A DNA stretch of 64,000 bases. Source: Planctomycetia bacterium (GTDB lineage Bacteria; Planctomycetota; Phycisphaerae; Phycisphaerales; SM1A02). Both the position numbers and the translations under genes were made by a program. Under the pieces are notes generated by a model. That model was given only the letters and a program-made list of their open reading frames with translations, was not told the DNA's origin and did no database searches. This document shows positions 1 to 8,148 of the stretch, in pieces; position 1 is the stretch's first letter; the number at the start of each line of letters is the position of its first letter. The DNA lies in the NCBI GenBank assembly GCA_005799495.1, contig SYGP01000028.1, forward strand, positions 6,913 through 70,912. Reading direction: 5' to 3'.

Positions 1-1
1 T

Positions 2-433
2 GCCACGCTTCCGACGACCATGCAGTTTTCCCAGCGGGACCTTGGCGTGAGGCGAGAGGTCTCGGGGTTCGTTCTTCCTCTCGGCGCAACGATCAACATG
101 AATGGCACGGCACTCTTTGAAGGCTGCGCCGTTCTCTTCATCGCACAGGTGTTTGGGATCGACCTGCCGATCTCCGACCAGATTCTCGTCCTCGTGCTGT
201 GTGTGATCAGTTCGGTCGGCGTCGCAGGAGTTCCCGGCGGTTCGTTACCGCTGCTGATGGCGGTCATGGCGCAGGTGGGTGTGCCGCCGACCGGCATTGC
301 GCTCATCCTTGGGGTGGATCGTCTGCTTGACATGGGGCGGACGGTGGTGAATGTGATGGGTGATGTTGTTGCTGCCGTGTGCGTCGAAGAGGCGATGCGG
401 CGCACCGACCAGCGACAGGGAAAGCCCGCCTAG
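2..433 (+). CDS. Dicarboxylate/amino-acid:cation symporter (SDF/GltP family), C-terminal fragment; the 5' end lies outside the window
   Basis: The frame is open from the window edge to TAG at 431-433. Motifs LPLGATINMNGTALFEG, GVAGVPGGSLPLL and GVDRLLDMGRTVVNVMGD are typical of the C-terminal half of this family. Confidence 0.8.
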   Translation, partial: ATLPTTMQFSQRDLGVRREVSGFVLPLGATINMNGTALFEGCAVLFIAQVFGIDLPISDQILVLVLCVISSVGVAGVPGGSLPLLMAVMAQVGVPPTGIALILGVDRLLDMGRTVVNVMGDVVAAVCVEEAMRRTDQRQGKPA

Positions 434-446
434 ACTCTTCAGTTCC

Positions 447-869
447 ATGCCGTCCCCACAGAAGCGTTCACTCGGGTCCGAAGCGGTGACCGAAGGCATT
501 CGGGTTCATGTCGAGCCAGCATTCCTCGATTCGCATTCCGATGCCGAACGGGGCAACTTCACATTCGCCTACAAGATCCACATCACCAACGAAGGCGCGA
601 TGGCGGCGCGGCTGGTGGGCAGGTTCTGGCGCATCGTGGATGCCGATGGGCACGAAAGTGTGGTGGAGGGCCCCGGCGTGGTTGGGCAGCATCCCCATCT
701 CGAGCCTGGGCAGACCTTTGAGTACTCCAGTTTCTGCCCCCTGAAGACGGCGTGGGGAACGATGGAGGGGTACTTCATCTTCGAGCGTGCAGATGGTGAG
801 ACATTCCGCGCCACGGTGGGTCGCTTCTATCTCGCCTGTCCAGAGGCTCGAGCGACGAGCCGCTCGTAG
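447..869 (+). CDS. apaG: ApaG (DUF525) protein
   Basis: ATG at 447 lies inside ORF 360..869. The sequence GIRVHVEPAFLDSHSDAERGNFTFAYKIHITNEG...VVGQHPHLEPGQTFEYSSFCPL...GTMEGYF is the characteristic ApaG pattern. Confidence 0.8.
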   Translation: MPSPQKRSLGSEAVTEGIRVHVEPAFLDSHSDAERGNFTFAYKIHITNEGAMAARLVGRFWRIVDADGHESVVEGPGVVGQHPHLEPGQTFEYSSFCPLKTAWGTMEGYFIFERADGETFRATVGRFYLACPEARATSRS

Positions 870-937
870 CGGGAAAGCAGTGAAGCGCCGCGGCGATCCC
901 ATCGCTCGCCTGAAGGGGCGCGAGTAGCCTTCGCCGC

Positions 938-1768
938 ATGACGACAACCTCGCAAGGCGAGAACAAGCTGTTTCGCGAGAAGGCGATGCAGGCGGTCGGT
1001 GGGAGGAACCGGCTCAACACATTGAGTCCCGTGATCTCGCCGCGCCTCTGGGTATTTGCGGCCGCGCTCGGATTCCTCATTGTGTCGGTGATCGCGTGGG
1101 GATTCCTTGGCGAAGTGCCCGTGGCCGTGTTCGGTACGGGAGTGTTCTTGAAGGGTGAACGGATCACTGCACTCGTTGCCCCCCTCGATGGACAGGTGTC
1201 GCAGGTCCTGAAGCGCCCTGGCGACGAGGTGCAGGCTGGTGATGTGATTCTGCGGCTCGAGAGTCAGGAGGCGCAGGGGGTGCAGGTCCAGGGAGGTGTC
1301 GTCGTTGCCGCCCAGGCCGGCCGCGTGACTTCGGTGAGTGTGGTCGAAGGCGATGCAGTGCGCGATGGTCAACATGTGTGTGCGTTGGTGATCGGCAAGG
1401 ATCAGCTGCGCTGCATCGCGTTCCTCCCGCTCGGCGATGCGAAGTTGATAGAGCCAGGGTTCGAAGCACTGCTGCACTTTGTGACTCGGACCGCGGGCAC
1501 CGACGGAGAAGCTCGCGGCAAGGTCGTTGCCGTCGAGTCGTTCATGACGACTGGAGACCGCATCCTGCAGCGCGTGCCGAATGCGGACTTCGTTCGCATG
1601 GTGCAGGAACGCTTCGGCACCGTCTGTGAAGTGGAAATCGAAGTGAAGGAGTCCACGCTTTCCGATCCAGTGACGACTGGTGTCCCATGCGACATCGAGA
1701 TCATCGTGGATCATGTACGCCCTGTGGAACTGGTGTTTCCCGGACTTCGATCCAAGTCGATCCGATGA
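938..1768 (+). CDS. HlyD-family membrane fusion/secretion protein, short form lacking the coiled-coil hairpin (NHLM-type bacteriocin secretion protein-like)
   Basis: The N-terminus LFREKAMQAVGG..LNTLSPVISPRLW is followed by one TM segment. Lipoyl-like half-motifs APLDGQVSQVLKRPGDEVQAGDVILRLES and GRVTSVSVVEGDAV are present. The stop overlaps the next start (ATGA at 1765-1768). Confidence 0.75.
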   Translation: MTTTSQGENKLFREKAMQAVGGRNRLNTLSPVISPRLWVFAAALGFLIVSVIAWGFLGEVPVAVFGTGVFLKGERITALVAPLDGQVSQVLKRPGDEVQAGDVILRLESQEAQGVQVQGGVVVAAQAGRVTSVSVVEGDAVRDGQHVCALVIGKDQLRCIAFLPLGDAKLIEPGFEALLHFVTRTAGTDGEARGKVVAVESFMTTGDRILQRVPNADFVRMVQERFGTVCEVEIEVKESTLSDPVTTGVPCDIEIIVDHVRPVELVFPGLRSKSIR

Positions 1769-3996
1769 GCGAAGCAAGCACCGAGTCCGCTGCCGTTGCA
1801 GAGCCTGAGGTGCCGCCGCCGCCCTCACTGCCGAGTGGACCGCCTCGTCGCGTTCGCTGCCCCACGGTAATGCAGGTTGTTGCAGCGGAGTGCGGTGCCG
1901 CGAGCCTGTGCAGCGTGCTCGGGTATTTCCGCGCGTATCGACCGCTCGAGGAAGTCCGCGAAGCGGTGGGCGTGGACCGAGACGGGTCCAACGCGCGCCG
2001 AATCGCCAATGCAGCGCGACACTTCGGACTCGAGGTGGAGGGTCTCAAGTGCGAAGTCGATGGACTCGGTGATGTGCAGCTTCCTGCGATCCTCTTCTGG
2101 GGACTCAATCACTTCGTGGTGCTGGAGGGGTGGAACACGCGCGAGTTCCTGCTGATGGATCCCGCCACGGGGCGACGCGCGGTCAGCCCCGAGGAGTTCG
2201 ATGAGGAGTTCAGCGGCGTGGTCCTGAATGTGCAGCCGAGTGATCGGTTCGTCGCATCCGGTGGACCGCCTTCGGCGCTGAAGTTGGTTCTCGGATGGAT
2301 GCGTGGATCGGGCGCTGCCGTCTGGCTCAGTGTGCTCCTCGGATTGCTGCTCGCCGTGCCGATGGTGACCGTGCCTGGACTCGCTGCAGCCTTCATCGAT
2401 CAGGTTCTGTCCGACCAACGCGATGGATGGACCTGGTCGCTCGTGGGTGTGGCGCTCGGTGCGATGGCGGTCGAGGCGATCCTGCTGTTGGTGCAGCGCA
2501 GCGTTCTCGCGCGCGTCGAGCAGCAACTCTCGCTGGAACGCAGCGTGGACTTCCTGCGCCAGATATTCCGTTTGCCATCCACATTCTTCGGTCAGCGGTA
2601 CCCAGGCGACATTGCTGAACGCGTCTCGGCAAATGATCAGGTGGCGTCGATGCTCGCGTCGCAGTTCGCGCCTGCCATCGTGCAGGTCCTCACGCTGGCG
2701 GCATTCCTGATCGCCATCTCGTTGATCAGTGCCACGATGGGGGTGATCGCATTCCTATCGGTCGCTGCAACCCTCACCATCCTGCTGCTCGCCGCGCGCG
2801 CTCGAGTGGATCAGGCACAGGCCTTGTCGCAGCAGGAGGGCATGAAGCAGGGAGCGATCGTGGCGGGACTGATCACGCTCGAGTCGCTGAAGGCGGGCGG
2901 GCGGGAATCGGACTTCTTCGCGCGTTCGATGGGATTCACCGCGCGTGTCGCGTCTGCGCGACAGCGTGCCGCACTGTTGTCCAACATGGTCAGCATCGTG
3001 CCCTCATGGCTGCAGTCGGTGGTGGTGTCCGCCATCGTGCTCGGCGTGGGTGGCCTGCAAGTGATGGAAGGTGAGATTTCCATCGGCACGCTGCTGGCAC
3101 TGCAGATCCTCGTGATGGGATTCATGTCTCCCGTGACTCACCTCGCTGAACTGCTGCGGGAGATCCAAACGGTGCGCGCGGATCTCGGTCGGCTCGACGA
3201 TGTGATGTGCCATGCGACGGATCCGCTGGCCTTGGAGCCGCGCGTGGATCACAAGGCGGATATCGAGTACGCCGCTGGGCAACTCGAACTGCGCAACATC
3301 ACCTTTGGATATGGACATGGACAGGCACCTCTGCTCAAGGACTTTTCACTGACGATTCGCGCAGGTGGGCGTGTGGCGATCGTGGGCGGAACGGGCTCGG
3401 GGAAGTCGACGGTGTCACGGTTGGCCGCGGGTCTGCTCGAGCCGTGGGAGGGGGAAGTGCTGCTCGACGGGTTCCCGCTGCGCGATGTGCCGCGTCACAT
3501 CCGAGCGGCGAGTCTGTCGACGGTCTTTCAGCGTCCGTCGTTCTTCGAGGGTTCCATCCGCGAAAACCTCTCTCTCTGGAATCCCGACATTCCCGATGTG
3601 TGGTTGCTCGAAGCGGTGGATGATGCGCAGCTCACCGAGGTCGTCCACTCGCGTGGAGGGCTCGATCATCCGGTGGCGGAAGGCGCATCGAACTTCTCGG
3701 GCGGAGAGGCGCAGCGCCTCGACATTGCCCGTGCACTCTGTCGGCGACCAGCTGTCATCGTCCTGGACGAGGCAACGAGCGCCCTCGATCCGACCACCGA
3801 GTTGGCGATCGATGCGGCGCTTCGTCGGCGGGGGACGACGTGCCTCGTGGTGGCGCATCGGCTGAGCACCATCCGTGATGCGGACGAGATCGTTGTGATG
3901 GATCAGGGCGAGGTGGTCGAACGCGGCACGCATGAGGAGCTGATCGCGAAGCAAGGGCGTTACCACGAACTGATCTCCGGGGGGTCGCACGCATGA
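1765..3996 (+). CDS. Bacteriocin-type ABC exporter with N-terminal C39 peptidase domain (peptidase/permease/ATPase fusion)
   Basis: C39 motifs are QVVAAECGAASLCSVLGYF (catalytic Cys), NHFVVLEG (His) and MDPATG. A 6-TM region follows, with Walker A GGTGSGKST, signature FSGGEAQRL and Walker B VIVLDEATSALD. ATGA overlaps occur at both ends. The start at 1765 was chosen over the ORF-track start at 1687. Confidence 0.9.
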   Translation: MSEASTESAAVAEPEVPPPPSLPSGPPRRVRCPTVMQVVAAECGAASLCSVLGYFRAYRPLEEVREAVGVDRDGSNARRIANAARHFGLEVEGLKCEVDGLGDVQLPAILFWGLNHFVVLEGWNTREFLLMDPATGRRAVSPEEFDEEFSGVVLNVQPSDRFVASGGPPSALKLVLGWMRGSGAAVWLSVLLGLLLAVPMVTVPGLAAAFIDQVLSDQRDGWTWSLVGVALGAMAVEAILLLVQRSVLARVEQQLSLERSVDFLRQIFRLPSTFFGQRYPGDIAERVSANDQVASMLASQFAPAIVQVLTLAAFLIAISLISATMGVIAFLSVAATLTILLLAARARVDQAQALSQQEGMKQGAIVAGLITLESLKAGGRESDFFARSMGFTARVASARQRAALLSNMVSIVPSWLQSVVVSAIVLGVGGLQVMEGEISIGTLLALQILVMGFMSPVTHLAELLREIQTVRADLGRLDDVMCHATDPLALEPRVDHKADIEYAAGQLELRNITFGYGHGQAPLLKDFSLTIRAGGRVAIVGGTGSGKSTVSRLAAGLLEPWEGEVLLDGFPLRDVPRHIRAASLSTVFQRPSFFEGSIRENLSLWNPDIPDVWLLEAVDDAQLTEVVHSRGGLDHPVAEGASNFSGGEAQRLDIARALCRRPAVIVLDEATSALDPTTELAIDAALRRRGTTCLVVAHRLSTIRDADEIVVMDQGEVVERGTHEELIAKQGRYHELISGGSHA

Positions 3997-6707
3997 GCAT
4001 CGCTGCGAATGACTTTGCAAGCGTGTTCGCCGCTCTCGGTGGCATACGACAGACTGCGGATCGTCGCGGAGGCGTTCCCTTGCAGGATGATTCGATCCTG
4101 ATCCTGCTCTCCGGTTCCGTGCAGGTGTTCGCCTATCGCAAGGGACATCAGCGCCGCCACCGAATCGGCGAACTGCTGCCGGGTTCTGCGGTGCAGGGAC
4201 CTCTCTTTCCCGTAGACCTGATTCCCGAGTCGACGGCGGAGTTCCTGCGCTTGCCCTCCGGCGCGCTGGCCGCGGCTGCGTCGGGCACTGCCGCGGAGGC
4301 ACTGCGGCTGGGCTTCGCCAAGACGCTCGCGGGGTGCGGTGGAACGCTCAGCCCGAAACTCTCGCTTGCGGATGCTGCGAAGCGTGTCACGGAGGAGTTG
4401 GAACGCCGTGGGCAGTCGACCGCCGAAGCGTCGTATGCGCGGCACATGCGTCGATTGGTCGATACGGCAAGCGGATCGCTTGCGTTCGAGCAGCGGATCC
4501 AATCGCTCGTCACGACGCGCACGGGTCCGCGTTGGATGTATCAGCCCGATACTCGCCTGCCGCCCGTGGTGCGCGCGTGCATTCAGTTGGCGGTAATGAT
4601 GGGCTACGAACCCGATCAGGTGCCGACGCGTGTCCCGCGGGATGTGACGAGAAAGCCCGAGCAGACCTTCGCACATGTGGCAGGGCTTGGCATTCGCACG
4701 GTGTTCCTTGATCCAGGGTGGTGGAAGCAGGACATTGGATCAGTGCTCGCGTTCCGTGCCGAGGATCAGGCCCCTGTGGCGGTGCTCGCCACACCCAAGG
4801 GATTGATGGCGTTTGTGCACTCCTCTGGTGCGATCGCGGGGCCTTTCCCGGTCGACGAAGCGTTCGCGTCGACGCTGGTCAAGACGGCATCGCAGTTCCA
4901 TCCCACGCTCGGACCACAGCGGATCAGCGTTTGGAAGTTCCTGCGCTTCATCACGAAGGGATCGGAGCATGACTTCCTGTTGGCGTTCATCATGGCTGGA
5001 CTCGGTGTGCTCGTCAGCCTCGCGATTCCCATCGGCACCGGGCTGCTCATTTCTCGGGTGATTCCGAGCGAGAATCGCTGGGGACTCTTCTTCGTCGGGA
5101 TGGTGCTGCTCGCGACGACAGTCACATCCGCCGCGTGCTCGTTTGTCGTCTCGAACCTGCTGCTCCGTGCCGAGACGCGCATGGATGGGCGGGCACTCGG
5201 AGGGATTCTCGACCGTTGCCTGCGCATGCCTGTCGAGGCGTTCCGAACCTTCACCAGCGGCGATCTCGCCGATCGCATCCTGTCGGTGGGCAACATGCAG
5301 CAGGTGCTCTCCGGCTCTGCGGTTGCCGCAATCATGGCGGGCGCGTTTTCCGTGGTTTACCTCTCGGTCATGGCAGCCGTGGATGTGAATGCGGCGATCG
5401 TCGGCTTCGCATTCATGCTGATCGCCGTGCTCGTCAGTGTGCTGATCAGCTTGAAGCGCGCGCGAATCTCGATGGATTCGCTCGAATCGCACGGCGGACT
5501 GTCCTCCGTCATGCTCCAATACATCGGCGGTATCGATGCGCTGCGGGGAGCGGCGGCCGATCAGTTCGCCGTACTCCGATGGCTGGAGCGGTTCCGCGTG
5601 GCGCGATCGTTCTCGATGCGAATCCACCTGCTGGATCGGTTTTATGAGGTGTTTACCGCTGCGTTCCCAGTGCTTTGCACGACCGTGTTCTGGATCATCT
5701 TTTCGCAGCGCTTCGCATCGCCAGGCGCCTTGCAGAGTTCGCCGATCGATGCGCCCGTTCGTGTCGCGCAGTTTGTGATGTTCATCGCGGCGTTCACCTC
5801 CGCGCTGTTTTCCTTGCTCGAAGTCGGGACGCGACTGGGCGATCTTGCGCTGCTGCAGTCCACATTCCGCCGCATCCGACCGATCCTCGATGCCGAGGTG
5901 GAGTCGTCGGGCGAGCGTGAGGTGCCGGGCGTGATCTCTGGACAGATCACGATCGCCGATGTTCGTTTCGCGTACCCAGGGAGTGCGAACGAGATTCTCT
6001 CCGGGGTCAACATCCGCATCGAGGCGGGGGAGAATGTCGCAGTCGTGGGCGCGAGCGGGAGCGGCAAGTCCACGCTGCTGCAACTGGTGCTTGGTCTTCG
6101 CAAGCCCACGAGTGGGAAGGTGCTGCTCGATGGCAAGGATCTCGACCGTCTCGACTTGGTCTCGGTGCGACGGCAGATCGGTGCCGTCGTTCAGAACACG
6201 CGCATCGTTCCAGGGGCCATCCTGGAGAACATCGTGGGAAGCACGCTCTACACCAGTACGGATGCGCAGCGGGCGCTCGAGGCAGCTGGTTTTGCCGACG
6301 AGGTGGAACGGATGCCGATGGGCCTTCACACCTATGTGACCGACCAAACTCTGTCGGGTGGACAACTGCAGAAGCTGCTCATCGCGCGAGCGCTGGTCGC
6401 GCGGCCAAAGATCCTGGTCTTCGACGAGGCGACCAGCGCGCTGGATGAGATTTCGCAGGCGCAGGTCGTGTCGAGCCTGGAGGGACTTCGCGCGACCCGC
6501 ATCATCGTCGCGCATCGACTCAGCACGGTGCGGTCGTGCGATCGAATCTTCGTGATGGAGGCGGGGCGTGTTGTGCAGACGGGAACATTCGACGATCTCG
6601 TCCGCATGGAGGGTCGCTTCCGTGAGATGGCTCGTCGACAGATGCTCGATGTGCCGCCCATCGATGCGCCTTCGAGCCCCTCCGCCGGATCTGCACGAGG
6701 AAAATGA
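3993..6707 (+). CDS. Second ABC exporter of the cassette (permease/ATPase) with a ~330-aa N-terminal extension (cNMP-binding-like plus C39-like, probably non-catalytic)
   Basis: The ATG overlaps the upstream stop (ATGA at 3993-3996). TM region starts about residue 330, Walker A GASGSGKST, signature LSGGQLQKL and Walker B ILVFDEATSALD are present. The N-terminus has no transporter motifs. Confidence 0.9.
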   Translation: MSIAANDFASVFAALGGIRQTADRRGGVPLQDDSILILLSGSVQVFAYRKGHQRRHRIGELLPGSAVQGPLFPVDLIPESTAEFLRLPSGALAAAASGTAAEALRLGFAKTLAGCGGTLSPKLSLADAAKRVTEELERRGQSTAEASYARHMRRLVDTASGSLAFEQRIQSLVTTRTGPRWMYQPDTRLPPVVRACIQLAVMMGYEPDQVPTRVPRDVTRKPEQTFAHVAGLGIRTVFLDPGWWKQDIGSVLAFRAEDQAPVAVLATPKGLMAFVHSSGAIAGPFPVDEAFASTLVKTASQFHPTLGPQRISVWKFLRFITKGSEHDFLLAFIMAGLGVLVSLAIPIGTGLLISRVIPSENRWGLFFVGMVLLATTVTSAACSFVVSNLLLRAETRMDGRALGGILDRCLRMPVEAFRTFTSGDLADRILSVGNMQQVLSGSAVAAIMAGAFSVVYLSVMAAVDVNAAIVGFAFMLIAVLVSVLISLKRARISMDSLESHGGLSSVMLQYIGGIDALRGAAADQFAVLRWLERFRVARSFSMRIHLLDRFYEVFTAAFPVLCTTVFWIIFSQRFASPGALQSSPIDAPVRVAQFVMFIAAFTSALFSLLEVGTRLGDLALLQSTFRRIRPILDAEVESSGEREVPGVISGQITIADVRFAYPGSANEILSGVNIRIEAGENVAVVGASGSGKSTLLQLVLGLRKPTSGKVLLDGKDLDRLDLVSVRRQIGAVVQNTRIVPGAILENIVGSTLYTSTDAQRALEAAGFADEVERMPMGLHTYVTDQTLSGGQLQKLLIARALVARPKILVFDEATSALDEISQAQVVSSLEGLRATRIIVAHRLSTVRSCDRIFVMEAGRVVQTGTFDDLVRMEGRFREMARRQMLDVPPIDAPSSPSAGSARGK

Positions 6708-6802
6708 AAAGCGATCGGCGGCCGTTCAGGAGCAGAGAACGGTCACCGACCGCGTGGTCATTCACCGAAACCGACAGGACGCCGGCCGGAGACTGGCGCA
6801 GA

Positions 6803-6952
6803 TCAGCGCTTTGGAGTCCGCGCTTGGCGGGCGGCGGTGGAGTTGCGAGAGACGCGGCTGGCGCCGCCTCCGCTCGCCTTCTCGAGATCCGCGTCCGAAA
6901 GCTTGGTGGACTTGGTCGTTGTCTTCGTCGAGTTCGCTGGTTTCGATGACAT
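6803..6952 (-). CDS. Candidate double-glycine-leader precursor peptide (49 aa): MSSKPANSTKTTTKSTKLSDADLEKASGG/GASRVSRNSTAARQARTPKR
   Basis: This is an internal ATG (6950-6952) of the listed ORF 6803..7087, with AAGGGA 6 nt upstream. By my count 38 of 49 codons end in G/C. LSDADLEKASGG matches the GG-leader consensus LSxxELxxIxGG. The ORF lies 96 nt from, and convergent with, the C39-ABC cassette. Confidence 0.5.
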   Translation of the reverse strand: MSSKPANSTKTTTKSTKLSDADLEKASGGGASRVSRNSTAARQARTPKR

Positions 6953-7061
6953 GATGTTTCCCTTCATGGTCGTCCAGCGCCTTGGCGTACGCAGCCGAAG
7001 AACTGAACAAGACAACCGTACGATACAGTTGGGAGATGGCAAGTCGTTTTGAGGTTTTCTT

Positions 7062-8105
7062 TTGAACCCCGCCACACTGTCTGCCATGGGGCCATTCGCC
7101 GTGGTGGGAGCAACGGGCGCGGTGGGTCAGGAGTTCCTGCGAATTCTGCAGGAATCGGGCGCGCCCCTCGATGGCCTGCGGCTCTTTGCCAGTCCGCGGT
7201 CCTCAGGCAAGACCGTCCGGGTTGGGACGCGGGAGGTCGGCATTGAACCGCTGCAGGAGGGCTGTTTCCGCGGAGTGCATATGGTGTTCTTCTCGGCGGG
7301 AAAGGGAGTCTCGCGTGAGTGGGCGCCGCGGGCTGTTCGCGATGGCGCGTGGGCGATTGACAACTCGAGTGCGTTCCGGATGGATGCTGCCGTTCCGCTG
7401 GTGATCCCGGAGGTCAACGGTGATGTGCTGGACACCTGTCGCACGCCGTGCATCGTTGCCGTGCCGAACTGTTCGACCATCGTGGCGCTCGTTGCGACGA
7501 CGCCGCTGCACCGCGAGGCACGCGTGCGTCGCATGGTGGTGTCGACCTATCAGGCGGTCAGCGGCGCAGGGGCGGCGGCGATGCGCGAACTGGAGCAGCA
7601 GGCGCGCGCGTATGCCGCTGGCCAACCGCTGGACATGAGCGTGTTCGGCCGGCAGTGTCTCTTCAATTGCTTCTCGCACAACAGTGCCGTGGGCGCGGAG
7701 GGCTACAACGAAGAGGAAGCGAAGCTGCTGCACGAGTCACGGCGCATCTGGAATGATCGGCAGCTCCGTGTCACGGCCACCTGCGTTCGCGTGCCTGTCC
7801 TCCGCGCGCACTGCGAGTCGATCGCGCTTGAGTTTGAGCGACCGCTCTCCGAGTCGCGTGCTCGCGAACTCCTTGCGGAAGCGGCGGGCGTGGAGATCGT
7901 CGACGACCGCATCGGCAACCGCTTTCCCGAACCGCTGTCCGCTGCAGGCCGCGATCCAGTCCTGGTCGGGCGGATTCGCCCGGATTGGAGCCTCGACGCG
8001 GGCTGCGGGCTGCAGTTGTTCGTGGCGGGGGATCAGATCCGCATCGGTGCCGCGCTGACGGGCTGGCGCATCGCCGAGCGTCTCTCGCCCGTCATTTGCG
8101 GCTGA
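7062..8105 (+). CDS. asd: Aspartate-semialdehyde dehydrogenase
   Basis: Motifs VVGATGAVGQEFL, VPNCSTIVAL and STYQAVSGAGAAAM are present. The TTG at 7062 has an upstream GAGG. ATG at 7086 (MGPFAVVGATG) is an equally plausible start. Confidence 0.9.
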   Translation: MNPATLSAMGPFAVVGATGAVGQEFLRILQESGAPLDGLRLFASPRSSGKTVRVGTREVGIEPLQEGCFRGVHMVFFSAGKGVSREWAPRAVRDGAWAIDNSSAFRMDAAVPLVIPEVNGDVLDTCRTPCIVAVPNCSTIVALVATTPLHREARVRRMVVSTYQAVSGAGAAAMRELEQQARAYAAGQPLDMSVFGRQCLFNCFSHNSAVGAEGYNEEEAKLLHESRRIWNDRQLRVTATCVRVPVLRAHCESIALEFERPLSESRARELLAEAAGVEIVDDRIGNRFPEPLSAAGRDPVLVGRIRPDWSLDAGCGLQLFVAGDQIRIGAALTGWRIAERLSPVICG

Positions 8106-8148
8106 CCGTGCTCGCCGCGGCGAGGTGCGCCGCCACGCCTGGCGGCAC

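Noticed and set aside
827-1828. Many long ORFs lie antisense to or overlap well-supported genes. Examples: 827..1828-, 4740..6515-, 9795..10907-, 15414..16487-, 18013..19323-, 19637..20722-, 41642..42946+, 43151..44359+, 47077..48576+, 48999..50435+, 53097..54788-, 54655..56439-, 55560..56879-, 57205..59088-.
   Set aside because: These are typical shadow ORFs of GC-rich DNA. Their translations are Arg/Pro/His-rich and low-complexity with no family motifs, and the opposite or alternative frame carries unmistakable conserved proteins.
6704-6949. Plus-strand 81-aa ORF whose ATG overlaps the stop of the second ABC gene (ATGA). It also contains a GGGG run, so it could have been the exporter's cargo.
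   Set aside because: Third-position G/C is only about 55% by my count, and AGA/AGG/CGA codons are frequent. No leader-like LSxxELxxIxGG context precedes the glycines. The minus-strand 49-aa frame through the same DNA has much better codon bias, an RBS and a consensus leader.
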